DNA of 53,851 nt, from contig MEYF01000018.1 of the NCBI GenBank assembly GCA_001775755.1, positions 892 through 54,742 of the forward strand, in the 5' to 3' direction. Position 1 is the first letter of the stretch; each line of letters opens with the position of its first letter. Of the stretch, positions 37,394 through 47,285 are shown piece after piece. The notes under the pieces were generated by a model. The model saw nothing but the letters and a program-made list of their open reading frames with translations. It was not told the DNA's origin and searched no databases. Source of the stretch: Candidatus Aminicenantes bacterium RBG_19FT_COMBO_65_30 (GTDB taxonomy: Bacteria; Acidobacteriota; Aminicenantia; Aminicenantales; Saccharicenantaceae). The translations under genes were made by a program, and so were the position numbers.

Positions 37394-39590
37394 GCCTCTC
37401 CTTCTTCAGCCTCTCGATGACGCCCTTGACCTCCTCGATGTCCTTGGCATCCTGCCGGGGAGATGCATACCGGACGAAGAGCTCGAAGCGCCGGAGCGCG
37501 TCCTCTTTCCGGCCCAGCCTCAGGTAGACCCGCCCGAGGTTGTAGAGCGCCTCGGTCTGACGGGGTTCGATCTCAAGGGATTTTTCCCAGAGCTTCACCG
37601 CCTCGTCGACCCGGCCTTGGCGGTATAAGACCGCGGCCAGGCCGTTATGGGCGGAGGCCAGCCGGTCGTCCATGGTGATAGCCGATCGATACCGCTCCGC
37701 CGCTTCCGGATAGCTTTTCTGGGCCAGGTAGCAGTTGCCCAGGTTGTTCATGGCCATGGCGTAGTGCGGATTCAGCGACAGGGCCTTCCGGAACGCCACG
37801 GCCGCCTCTTCGACGCGGCCGCTCTTATATAGGCTGACGCCGATGTCGTTGTGGGGCTCAGCGGCATCCGGATTGAGCGCCAAGGCCTTTTCCAGGGCGC
37901 GGACGGACTCCTCGAGCCGGCCGGCCTCCTGGTAATACAGGCCGAGATGGGCCAGGAGTTGGTCGGTGGCCAGGCCGCGGCCGACGGCCTCTTCGAGAAG
38001 ACGGATGGCGTCGCCGCCCCGGCCCATCTTGGTGAGATTGTAGGCGGCGTAATCATAGCCGATGATGTAATCCGGCTGACGGCGAAGGATATCCTTGTAC
38101 ATCGCTTCCGCTTCCTCGAGCCGGCCGGTCTCCGAGGCGTTCACGGCGTCGCTCAACAGGTTGTCGAGGGCGATCATCGTCTTGGGGTCCGGCCGGGGTG
38201 TCGTTGCCGGGGCGACGCCGCTGCTGAGATATCCGAGGGACTGGAGCTTTTGCCTCGCCTCGCGGTCGAGGGCCGGGCCCGGCGCCGTGTCGGGAGGCGG
38301 CGCGGCCTGCCGCTTGATCATGGTCTCCATCTCCCCGCGGAGCCGATGGACGACCTCCGCGCGGCCGCCGTGGATGTTGACGGTTTCGCCGGGATCGGCC
38401 TTGAGATCGTAGAGCTCGGCGGCCGGGGCGTCGATGTACTTCCATTCGGACGTGCGGACACCCCGGAGCGGGGCCCAGTTGCGGCCGAGCAGCGGGGCCA
38501 TGGACTCGATGTAAAGGGTCCGCCCGGAGCCCTCGCGGCCGGCCCCCGGACGCGTCATCATCGGGACCATGGACCGGCCCGGCAGATCCCCTTGCGGCGG
38601 CCAGCCCATGAGGTCCAGCACGGTCGGGAGGACGTCCGCAAGGCCGACCTGGGCCTCGACCGTCCGGCCCCGCGGCAGGGGCCCGGGTCCGGCGATGATC
38701 AGCGGAACGTGCAAGGTCGGGTCGTAGATGAAGATCCCGTGGGTCTTCTCCGCGTGGGCGCCCAGCCCCTCCCCGTGGTCGGACGTCAGGACGACCAGGG
38801 TGTCGTCGGCGCGGCCGAACTCCTCCAGGGCCTTCATGAGCTTCCCCAAGCACTCATCGGCGTAGGCGATCTCTCCGTCGTACTCCCGGCCGGCGAAATC
38901 CCTGTCGAAGGGAGGAGGCGGATCATATGGGGCATGGGGGTCGAAATAGTGGACCCAAACGAAAAAAGGCTCCCGGCTGTGGATCCGGATCCATGCCTCG
39001 GCCTTCCTGTTCACATCTTCGGCCCGCCGTTCGACGAAGGCCATGTCCCGGACCCTGTTCCGGCTGCCATAGAGGTCATCATAGGTCTCGAAGCCCCGGT
39101 CCAGGCCGAACCGCGAATCCAGGGGGAAGGCCCCCACGAACGCGGCCGTGGAATACCCCCGCCCGCGGGCGATCTCGGCCAGCGTCGCGGGCGTCGGCCG
39201 GAGGCGCTCGCCGTTATCGCGGACGCCGTGGGTGAGAGGCAGGAAGCCCGTGAAGAGCGTGCAGTGGGACGGGAGGGTCAGTGGGACATGACTGAAAGCC
39301 CGGGAAAAGAGGACCCCCCGCCGGGCCAGCTTGTCCATGGACGGCGTCCGGGCCCCCTTGTGCCCGTAGGCCCCGACCCTGTCGGCGCGCAGGGTGTCGA
39401 CGGTGACGACGAGAAGGTTGGGCTTCCCGGGGACAGCGCCGGCCGGCCGGGCGAAAACGGCCAGGATCCCGCCGAGGAGGAGACAGGTCACGACCCGGAA
39501 CCGAATCGAGGGAATTCTGCGGGGATCGGTCGACCCTGTTTTTATGGGACGTCGGGCCGGGTCAGCCGCAACAGCCACTTCCACGAACAC
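37383..39590 (-). CDS. Sulfatase-like (alkaline phosphatase superfamily) hydrolase/transferase fused to TPRs
   Basis: DTLRAD, TLPSH, HYFDPH, SDHGE, LYDLKADPGE, then multiple TPR repeats. Confidence 0.9.
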   Translation of the reverse strand: MFVEVAVAADPARRPIKTGSTDPRRIPSIRFRVVTCLLLGGILAVFARPAGAVPGKPNLLVVTVDTLRADRVGAYGHKGARTPSMDKLARRGVLFSRAFSHVPLTLPSHCTLFTGFLPLTHGVRDNGERLRPTPATLAEIARGRGYSTAAFVGAFPLDSRFGLDRGFETYDDLYGSRNRVRDMAFVERRAEDVNRKAEAWIRIHSREPFFVWVHYFDPHAPYDPPPPFDRDFAGREYDGEIAYADECLGKLMKALEEFGRADDTLVVLTSDHGEGLGAHAEKTHGIFIYDPTLHVPLIIAGPGPLPRGRTVEAQVGLADVLPTVLDLMGWPPQGDLPGRSMVPMMTRPGAGREGSGRTLYIESMAPLLGRNWAPLRGVRTSEWKYIDAPAAELYDLKADPGETVNIHGGRAEVVHRLRGEMETMIKRQAAPPPDTAPGPALDREARQKLQSLGYLSSGVAPATTPRPDPKTMIALDNLLSDAVNASETGRLEEAEAMYKDILRRQPDYIIGYDYAAYNLTKMGRGGDAIRLLEEAVGRGLATDQLLAHLGLYYQEAGRLEESVRALEKALALNPDAAEPHNDIGVSLYKSGRVEEAAVAFRKALSLNPHYAMAMNNLGNCYLAQKSYPEAAERYRSAITMDDRLASAHNGLAAVLYRQGRVDEAVKLWEKSLEIEPRQTEALYNLGRVYLRLGRKEDALRRFELFVRYASPRQDAKDIEEVKGVIERLKKERHES

Positions 39591-39610
39591 GGCATCAGCA
39601 TAGCATATTG

Positions 39611-39644
39611 AAAAGAAAAGGGGAACTCGCGGGAGTTCCCCTTT
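39611..39644 (-). terminator. Rho-independent terminator after TonB-dependent receptor
   Basis: Minus strand AAAGGGGAACTC-CCGC-GAGTTCCCCTTT then TCTTTT. Confidence 0.85.
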
Positions 39645-39674
39645 GAAGAGTCGATGACCGCTGTCAGTCCGGGC

Positions 39675-42512
39675 CTAGAACTGCCATTTCAAACCGAGCC
39701 TGAGGATCCGCGGGGCGAGGACCATCAGGATCTGGTGATATCCACTCCACGATTCGTTGTCCCAATCCAGGGTCGTATTGGCGTTTGAGGTGTTGAAGAC
39801 GTCGGCCATGACCTCGAACGTGCCGATCCTCTTGAAGCGGAAGACCTTGCTCAGCCTCAGATCGAAGATGGTCATGGCGGGATAGCGGTGCGTCCCGTAC
39901 TTCTCGAACTCGACGTTGATGGCGTCCTGGTTCACGTCCGGGTAGTAGTAGTACCGTTGGGCCGGCAGGCCGGCGCGGTAGTTGAAGAAGCCGCCCAAAG
40001 TGAATCCGAAGGGCAGCTCGTAGCTGCCGACGACCTTGATGATCCAAGGGGAGTCGTTCCACGAGACGACGCCGTCGTTGAAGACCCTGTTGTTGGGGTC
40101 GTTGACGGCCGTGATCGGGAGCTTGGTGTTGGTGCGGCCGTAGGTCACGGACGCCTGGCCCAGCCACTTGTGGGAGAATCTTTTGCGGAGGACGAGCTCC
40201 ACGCCGCGGTAGGAGTTCTTGTAGCCTTCCCGGGTGGTGATGTAATAGTCGATCAGCCCGACCTTGTCTGCCGCCAGATCGTAGACCGTGGCGAAGCCGC
40301 CATCGTCGGCCGTGCCGTATTCGCCGTCCGGGCCGGGGTCCTGGACCTCGATGGGCGTGTAGTCCGCCACCGGATCGTTGGCCAGGTTGTACTCGTAGAA
40401 GAGACGCTTGTTCTCGCGGTACATGAAGTTCAGGCTGAGGCCGATGTCGTTGGTCAGCTTCCTCTCGAAGCCGATGACGGCTTCATCGATGTAGGGGGCC
40501 TTCAGGTTGGGATCGATCGAGTACTTGGAGGCGATGTCGACGAACCTGATGCTGCCGAGCTCGTCCGTCTGGGCCTGCGCATCCTCGTTGGCGTCATCCC
40601 AGGAATAGTCGACCTCCCAGGTGCCGGTGTCGATGATCCTCCAGGCCGGGTCGTAGTTGACCTGGTAGGAGTAGCGGGCCAGGTTGATCTTGAAGACCGT
40701 GGACCCGTCGTTAAAAAGGTCATAGGTGAGCCCGATTCGAGGATAGAGGACGTTCCAGGCCACGACGTTCTTCCTGGCCGGGGAGTGGGTGGCCACGGGC
40801 TCTCCCGTCCGCGTGGTGTAGTAGTCCGTCCAGATGTTCCCGGCGGTATCGGTTTCGTTCGTGTGCATGTGGGTGCTGTCGAACCTCAGGCCGAGGTTGA
40901 TGGTCAGGTTCTTTTTCAGGGTAAAGATGTCCTGGATGAAGGCGGAGTAGACGTCGTTCGTCTGCGACCATTGGACCTCGCGGAACGTCCAGACGCGGTA
41001 GGACCCCGTCCGATCCGGATAGTCGAAATAGAGCAGGTGATTTCCCGGGAATTTCCGGTCCGTATGGAACGGCGTCTTCTGGTAGTCGAAGCCGACCTTG
41101 ATCTCGTGATCGCCTCCGAGGAGGTCGTCCTTGAAGTAGTCGGCGTAGGCCGTCAACGAGTACCGGTCGCTGTAGTACCAAGTATACTGGTAATAGGCGT
41201 CCTCATACATCCGTCGGTAAGGCTCGGAATAGTAGATCAGGACCGCCGGCTGGTCCATGTTCACGGACGGCTGAGGGGCCATTTGGTAGTACATGTCGTA
41301 GTAGCCGAGCTTGAAGTTCACGAGGAGGTTCGGGCTCAGCGTCCAGGTGTCCTCGACGTGGAAGAACCAGGAGGGCGAGTCCTGGAAGGAGGTCGTTTCG
41401 GGGGGCCGGCGGGGGCCGGCGCCCCTATTGGGCATGGCCTTGGAGTCGTAGTTGACCCAACCCATGATGCGGTTGTTCTTGGCCAGCTGACCGGTGATCT
41501 TGCCCGTCCAGTGCATGAGGTCCGAGTACTCGGTGCCCGGCTGGCCGTCGATCTCGTAGCCGATGATGTACTTGTTGATCTCGGTCCGCCGGAAGGCCGT
41601 GTAGAACCAGAGCTTGTCCTTGAGGATGGGGCCGCCCAGCTCGCCGCCGTAGTCGTAGAGGTATTTCGTGGGATTGCCGAACCCGACGCCGTCGTAGGCC
41701 GGGGTGTCCGGGATGTTGTTGGACTGGAAGGTCTCATCCTCGCCGTAGAGGCTGATCCCGCCGCTGAACTTGTTGCCGCCGGATTTGGTGATCATGTTGA
41801 GGACGACCCCGCTCGACTGGATGTCGACGGCGTGGGCGCCCGTTTCGACCGAGATCTCGGCGAAGGAATCGAAGTCGAAGTACATGGCCGTGGCCCCCGC
41901 GGCCGCGGCGTCCGTGACCTGGATGCCGTCCAGGTTGTACTGGGTCTGGTCGGTCATGGTCCCATGGGCGTAGCCGCGGCTCTGCTGGCCGCCCTCGCTG
42001 CCGCCGACGTTCTGGGTGTTCATGACCATGCCGGGCGTCATCTCCATCAGGACCCACGGATCGCGGGCGGTGGGCAGCTTCTGGAGCATGTCCAGCGTGA
42101 AGTTCGTGGCGATCGTGGACGACTTGATATCGATGATCGGGCTCTCGCCGACGACCGTCACAGTCTCCTGAAGGGCCGCCGGCTCCAGGGCGGCGTTCAC
42201 GGTGGTCGTCACGCGGATGGCCACGTTGACGCCCGTCTTCACCAGAGTTTTGAACCCGCTCAGTTCGAACGTCACGTCGTAGTTGCCGACGGGGAGCAGG
42301 ACGAATCGATAGATTCCGTTCACGGAGGTGACGGCGGATTGGGTTTTCTGGATCAGGGCCGGGCTGGCGATGGTCACGGCGACACCCGGCAGCAGAACGC
42401 CTTCCTGGTCCGTCACCCGGCCGCTGATGATACCCGTCTGGGTCGAGTCCTGGGCCGAGAGCAGTGAAGCGACAAAGACGAGGGACAGTGCGAGAAAGCT
42501 CAATTTTTTCAT
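39675..42512 (-). CDS. TonB-dependent receptor, Oar-like, with N-terminal carboxypeptidase-regulatory-like domain
   Basis: ISGRVTD..G..LPGV, ETVTVVGE, NMITKSGGN plug end, terminal RLGLKWQF; alternative GTG start 42521. Confidence 0.93.
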   Translation of the reverse strand: MKKLSFLALSLVFVASLLSAQDSTQTGIISGRVTDQEGVLLPGVAVTIASPALIQKTQSAVTSVNGIYRFVLLPVGNYDVTFELSGFKTLVKTGVNVAIRVTTTVNAALEPAALQETVTVVGESPIIDIKSSTIATNFTLDMLQKLPTARDPWVLMEMTPGMVMNTQNVGGSEGGQQSRGYAHGTMTDQTQYNLDGIQVTDAAAAGATAMYFDFDSFAEISVETGAHAVDIQSSGVVLNMITKSGGNKFSGGISLYGEDETFQSNNIPDTPAYDGVGFGNPTKYLYDYGGELGGPILKDKLWFYTAFRRTEINKYIIGYEIDGQPGTEYSDLMHWTGKITGQLAKNNRIMGWVNYDSKAMPNRGAGPRRPPETTSFQDSPSWFFHVEDTWTLSPNLLVNFKLGYYDMYYQMAPQPSVNMDQPAVLIYYSEPYRRMYEDAYYQYTWYYSDRYSLTAYADYFKDDLLGGDHEIKVGFDYQKTPFHTDRKFPGNHLLYFDYPDRTGSYRVWTFREVQWSQTNDVYSAFIQDIFTLKKNLTINLGLRFDSTHMHTNETDTAGNIWTDYYTTRTGEPVATHSPARKNVVAWNVLYPRIGLTYDLFNDGSTVFKINLARYSYQVNYDPAWRIIDTGTWEVDYSWDDANEDAQAQTDELGSIRFVDIASKYSIDPNLKAPYIDEAVIGFERKLTNDIGLSLNFMYRENKRLFYEYNLANDPVADYTPIEVQDPGPDGEYGTADDGGFATVYDLAADKVGLIDYYITTREGYKNSYRGVELVLRKRFSHKWLGQASVTYGRTNTKLPITAVNDPNNRVFNDGVVSWNDSPWIIKVVGSYELPFGFTLGGFFNYRAGLPAQRYYYYPDVNQDAINVEFEKYGTHRYPAMTIFDLRLSKVFRFKRIGTFEVMADVFNTSNANTTLDWDNESWSGYHQILMVLAPRILRLGLKWQF

Positions 42513-42647
42513 TTTCGGCACGGCCTCCTTTCGTGTTTCCGAATGTCATGATATTCCACGCTTTATTTCGATGTCAAGAGCGTGGTCTCGTGGTCTCGGC
42601 CATCACATCAGCGCCGCGCCGGACAGACGAAATCATGCTCTCCGGAC

Positions 42648-44648
42648 CTAGGGTCGGCGGTCACTCCCCGCCGCGGCCCGCCCCGGCCGGAACTGGGTTT
42701 CGTATAGGGCCGCGTAGAGGCCGCCCTTGGCCAGGAGCTCCACATGTGTGCCCTGCTCGACCAGGCGGCCGGCCTCCAGCACCAGGATGACGTCCGCCGC
42801 CAGGATCGTGCTCAGGCGGTGGGCGATGACCAGGCTCGTCCGGCCCTTCATGATCCGCTCCAGCGCCTCCTGGATCAGCGCCTCGGACTGGCTGTCGAGC
42901 GACGACGTCGCCTCGTCCAGCACGAGGATGCGCGGGTCCTTGAGGATGACCCGGGCGATGGCGACGCGCTGCTTCTCGCCGCCGGAGAGGCGGTAGCCGC
43001 GGTTGCCCACGACGGTGTCGTAGCCTTCGGGTAGGCCCGCGATGAAGGCGTGGATATTCGCGGCGGTGCAGGCCGCCTCGATCGCGGCCGGGGTGGCGTC
43101 CGGCCTGGCGTAGAGGAGGTTGGCCCGGATGGTGTCGTTGAATAGGAAGGTTTCCTGCGTCACCATGCCGATATGCGCCGACAGGGTGCTCATGGCCAGA
43201 CCGCGCAAATCATGGCCGTCGATGCTGATGACGCCGCTCGTCGGATCGTAGAGCCGGGGCAGCAGGTAGGTGACCGTGGTCTTCCCCGCCCCGCTCGGGC
43301 CCACCAGCGCGGCCAGCTGGCCGGGCTTGATCTCGAAGCTGAGGTCGCGGAGCGCCCAGGGTTCGGCGGCGGGAGGCTCGTGGGCCGGAGTCTCTTCGGG
43401 GAATTGCGGATCGGGCGTTTGGAGCTTCCCCCCCTCTTGCGAGAGAGGAGGGGGGGCCATGCCCCCGCCGCGGTGGCCGAAGCGGACCACATCGCTCAAC
43501 CCCTCGGCCGCGGCCTCCGTCTCGTTCTTCCCCGGCCGATAGCTGAACGAGACGCCCGAAAAACGCACGTGCCCTCGGACCGACTTCAGCGTCAGCGCGC
43601 CCGCCCGCTCCTCGATCTCCACCGGCAGGTCCATGACCTCGAAGACCCGCTCGAAGCTGACCAGCGAGGTGGCCAGGTCCATGCGCGCGTTTGTCAGCGC
43701 CGAGAGCGGACCATAGAGCATCCCCAGGTACGCCGTGAAGGCGACGATCGTGCCGATGGTGAAGCCGGCCCCGCGCAGGACGAGCAATCCGCCGCCCCAG
43801 AACACCACCACCGTGCCGACCGCGCTGATCAGGCTTACCGTTAAGAAGAACCAGCGCATCATGAAGGCCTGGCGCACGCCGGCCCGGCGCACGCGGTCCG
43901 CCCGGCCGCGGAACCGCGCCACCTCGAGGGCCGCGCGGCCGAACAGCTTGACAAGCAGTGCCCCGCTGACATTCAGGGTCTCGTCCATCATGGCGTTCAT
44001 CTCGGCGTTGAGCGTCATCTGCTGGCGCACGACGGCGCGCAGCCGCCGGCCCAGGAGACGCGCCGGGATCAGGAAGAGCGGCAGCACGGCGATGGCCAGC
44101 AGCGTCAGCCGCCACTCCAGCCGGAGCATGATCACCAGCGCGCTGACCAGAGTGATGGAATTGGTGAAGACGTCGACGATCGTGCCGCTGACCGCCCTCT
44201 GGGCGCCGATGACGTCGTTGTTCAGCCGCGAGAGGAGCTCGCCGGTCTTGGTGTGGGTGAAGAAGCGCAGGGACATGCGGTGCAGATGGTCGAACAGCCC
44301 CGTCCGCAGGTCGCAGATGATCCCCTCGCCCACGGACGCGCCGAGGTAGCGTTGGGCCACTCCCAACAGCCCGTTGACCAGGGGGACGGCCAGCATGCCC
44401 AGCGCGAGCAAGGTCAGCCGGTGGAAGTCGCGTTCCGGCAAAGCCCGGTCGATGAGGTCGCGCACGAGCAGCGGGGGCGCCAGTCCGAGCAGGGTCACGA
44501 CCAGGATCAGGAGCAGCATGGCCGCGATGCGGCCGAGGTAGGGGCGGCCGTAGGCCAGGGCGCGCCGAACCAACGCCCGGCTGATCTCCGGACGATCCTG
44601 CTCCTCGTCGTAGCGCAGAAAGGACCGCCAGCCGCCGCCGTTAGGCAT
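42648..44648 (-). CDS. ABC exporter, fused TMD-NBD (MsbA/MdlB-like)
   Basis: TM domain, GPSGAGKT, LSGGEKQR, LVLDEATSSLD, AHRLST. Confidence 0.95.
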   Translation of the reverse strand: MPNGGGWRSFLRYDEEQDRPEISRALVRRALAYGRPYLGRIAAMLLLILVVTLLGLAPPLLVRDLIDRALPERDFHRLTLLALGMLAVPLVNGLLGVAQRYLGASVGEGIICDLRTGLFDHLHRMSLRFFTHTKTGELLSRLNNDVIGAQRAVSGTIVDVFTNSITLVSALVIMLRLEWRLTLLAIAVLPLFLIPARLLGRRLRAVVRQQMTLNAEMNAMMDETLNVSGALLVKLFGRAALEVARFRGRADRVRRAGVRQAFMMRWFFLTVSLISAVGTVVVFWGGGLLVLRGAGFTIGTIVAFTAYLGMLYGPLSALTNARMDLATSLVSFERVFEVMDLPVEIEERAGALTLKSVRGHVRFSGVSFSYRPGKNETEAAAEGLSDVVRFGHRGGGMAPPPLSQEGGKLQTPDPQFPEETPAHEPPAAEPWALRDLSFEIKPGQLAALVGPSGAGKTTVTYLLPRLYDPTSGVISIDGHDLRGLAMSTLSAHIGMVTQETFLFNDTIRANLLYARPDATPAAIEAACTAANIHAFIAGLPEGYDTVVGNRGYRLSGGEKQRVAIARVILKDPRILVLDEATSSLDSQSEALIQEALERIMKGRTSLVIAHRLSTILAADVILVLEAGRLVEQGTHVELLAKGGLYAALYETQFRPGRAAAGSDRRP

Positions 44649-44790
44649 AAGATGAAGCCTTTTTGAAAGGTGATGCCGGCACGAGGCGAATGAGATTCAA
44701 GAGAGAGAATGGTAACACCGGGAGGACGCGCGGTCAACAACGGGCATCGGCCGGGGAGGGGAATTCGGAAACGGGTATTGTGTCCCCGAA

Positions 44791-45858
44791 TTAGATGGGC
44801 GGCAGGAGGCGCGTCGTCTCGAAGCGGATCTTCTCCCAGACGGCCAGGTCCAGGCCGCAGAAGACGTCGACGACCTTCGGGTCGAATTGCCGCCCCGCGT
44901 TCCCGACGAGCTCGCGCCGGGCGGCGCGGAAGTCCCGCGGCGCCCGGTAGGGGCGGTGGGAGGTCACGGCGTCGAGCGTGTCGGCCACGGCGAAAACGCG
45001 CGCCTCGAGCGGTATGGCCTCGCCCTTCAGGCCCTTGGGGTAGCCCGTGCCGTCGTATTTTTCGTGGTGGCAGAGGATGATGTTCCCGACCTCGCGGACG
45101 AGCTTGACGTCCCGGACGAGACCGTAACCGAGCATGGGGTGCCTCTTGATGACCTCCCATTCCTTGGCCGTCAGCGGCCCGGGTTTCTTCAGGATGGAGT
45201 CGGGGATGGCCATCTTGCCCGAATCGTGGAGGAGCGCCCCCTTGCGGATGCTGTCGAGCGCCCGCGGGTCGCGGACGCCGACGGCCTCGGCCAGGACGTG
45301 GCTGTAACGGGAGACCGTCTTGGAGTGCCCGTAGGTCTCGACATCCCGCAGGTCCAGCGCGGCCATGAAGTTCTCGAGGGTCGTGTCGTAGACTTCCTCG
45401 AGCTCCCGCGATCTGCGGAGGTGGAAGGCCAGCTCTTTCTTGAACCGGCGCAAATCCTCTTTTGAACGATCGATGCGGCGGCGGGCCTCGCCCTTTGACC
45501 GCCCGTTGCGGACGGCCGAATAAACGGCGGCCGGATTGGCCGGGTCGGCCAGGTGGTCGAGCGTGCCGTCCTCAAGGGCGGGGATGAAGCGGACCGCCGC
45601 TTCCGAACCGACGAGGGCGATGATCGAGAGAACAGGATGGAGCCGCCTCCATTCCTTGATCGAGGACGGGAGGCGGCTCTGCCCTTCGCCCGGGGCGACG
45701 ACCAGGGCGAAGAGGCCGTCCCTCTGCCCGGGCGCTTCCGGAGGGGCGGGAAGGGCTCGCCGGGCATCGACTCTAACGCCGAGACCGGACAAAAATGCGT
45801 CAAGTTCTGCCCGTTTTTTGTCATTCTCGACGATTAAAAGGACCCCGGCTTCGTTCAT
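44791..45858 (-). CDS. HD-GYP c-di-GMP phosphodiesterase with degenerate receiver-like N-terminus
   Basis: TYGHS, LHDSGK, HHEKYDGTGYP, AVAD, RPYR, QFDP. Confidence 0.92.
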   Translation of the reverse strand: MNEAGVLLIVENDKKRAELDAFLSGLGVRVDARRALPAPPEAPGQRDGLFALVVAPGEGQSRLPSSIKEWRRLHPVLSIIALVGSEAAVRFIPALEDGTLDHLADPANPAAVYSAVRNGRSKGEARRRIDRSKEDLRRFKKELAFHLRRSRELEEVYDTTLENFMAALDLRDVETYGHSKTVSRYSHVLAEAVGVRDPRALDSIRKGALLHDSGKMAIPDSILKKPGPLTAKEWEVIKRHPMLGYGLVRDVKLVREVGNIILCHHEKYDGTGYPKGLKGEAIPLEARVFAVADTLDAVTSHRPYRAPRDFRAARRELVGNAGRQFDPKVVDVFCGLDLAVWEKIRFETTRLLPPI

Positions 45859-45968
45859 GACGCTTTTTTATACCTTTTTTCATTCGGGCTTTCAAGCCGG
45901 GCCATTTCTTTCTTGACAAGGAAGCGATCGTATCATCATAATATGTTCGCTAAGGTTAAGGAGCGGCC

Positions 45969-47258
45969 ATGGAACACGACGCGAACATCTTTAGGGATTC
46001 CTCGCAGGTCATCCAGGAAGTCGAAGACCAGCTTGAACGGATCCTTCAGAAAAAATTCCGCGACGTCGACTCCGAGCTCGTCGAGCGCATCAACCGGGAA
46101 AAGGAAGCCGCCCGCAAGCGCAAAGAAGAGATCGAGCACGAGTTCGAGAAGGAAAAAACGGCCCTGACCGACTACCGGGTCATGGTCCGGGACTTCGAGG
46201 AAAAGAGGGCCGGCCTTCTCAACGAGGCCCGCGACCGCTTCCAGAAAGTCCTCAAGTTCCAGGCCGAGATCGAAAGCCTGGCCAAGTCCACGGTGGACGA
46301 GATCAAGAGGGTCAACGAGATCCAGGAGCGGCTCGAGGGCCTGCGGGCGAAGACGTCGGAGCGCGCGGCCTTCCTCAAGAACGACCTCAAGGAGCGATTT
46401 GGGATCGTGGCCGAGGTCATGGAGGAGGAGCCCAAGCCGCTCGGCCTCGATCTCGACGAGGAGCTGGAGAAGCTCCGCAAGATCAAGGACCTCCTGACCC
46501 TCGAGTCGGCGGCCGCCAGCCTCGGCCGCATGGGCGGCGAGCCGGCCCGCCGGGAGGACCTGGCCGTGATGGACGCGGCCGCGGAAAGGGCCGGCCCGGA
46601 CATCCCCGAGATCCGGGACCTCATCGCCGGGCCGGCGTCCCCCGATAGTCCGGAAGCCCCGGCCGAAGAGGCGCCGCGCCCGGCCGTCGAAACCGCGGCC
46701 GCGGCAACTCCCGAACCCGTCCGGGAGCCCGAGTCCGACCCGGAGGCTTGCGAAGTGGTCACCGAAGAAGAGGCCATCGCCTGGCTCGAAGCCTGCCGCC
46801 GCACGGAACCCGCCAACGGGAGCGGCGAGATCCACTACTTCCAGAAGGACAAGGTCGTCATCGCCGACCCGGAAAAGATCCTGACCGCCGTCGGCAACAC
46901 GATGGACGAGGCCCAGCGGCTGTCCTTGAAGCTCGGCCTGACGGAGTCGCCCAAGGACCAGTTCTTCATCAAGCAGGAGCTCATAAACTGGCAGGAGGGT
47001 TTGCGGGCGCTTTTCCTGCGGATCATCAAGATGTGCGAGAAGAGCTCCTGGGCTCTGCCCCTCTACACCGAGGAGATCCTCAACCCCGAGGTCCTGCGGC
47101 GGCTGCTCGAGCGGCTGAGCATGGAGAACTGGAGCAACCTCGAGGAGTTCGCCTCGTTCTCCGCCGCCGTGGCCGAGATCCGTAAGGCCTTCCAGGCCCG
47201 GATCGAGCCGCGTCTCGCCTATCTCTTGGCGCTCAAGCGGGAGATCGAAGCGGAATAG
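45969..47258 (+). CDS. Hypothetical coiled-coil protein with Pro/Ala/Glu-rich linker
   Basis: TTGACA-N18-CATAAT promoter and AAGGAG RBS; host-like codon usage. Confidence 0.8.
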   Translation: MEHDANIFRDSSQVIQEVEDQLERILQKKFRDVDSELVERINREKEAARKRKEEIEHEFEKEKTALTDYRVMVRDFEEKRAGLLNEARDRFQKVLKFQAEIESLAKSTVDEIKRVNEIQERLEGLRAKTSERAAFLKNDLKERFGIVAEVMEEEPKPLGLDLDEELEKLRKIKDLLTLESAAASLGRMGGEPARREDLAVMDAAAERAGPDIPEIRDLIAGPASPDSPEAPAEEAPRPAVETAAAATPEPVREPESDPEACEVVTEEEAIAWLEACRRTEPANGSGEIHYFQKDKVVIADPEKILTAVGNTMDEAQRLSLKLGLTESPKDQFFIKQELINWQEGLRALFLRIIKMCEKSSWALPLYTEEILNPEVLRRLLERLSMENWSNLEEFASFSAAVAEIRKAFQARIEPRLAYLLALKREIEAE

Positions 47259-47285
47259 GCTCCGGCCCCTCGGGCCGGCGGCGGA

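Noticed and set aside
39888-42467. Long antisense ORFs (also 7547-9586, 12773-14158, 19695-21515, 37851-39611)
   Set aside because: Each mirrors a well-supported gene on the opposite strand and has the V/E/D/L-rich composition of reverse-complement frames.
44674-44692. Other GGCAC-containing sigma-54-like sites (also 23102)
   Set aside because: No TTGC at the required GG-N10-GC spacing.
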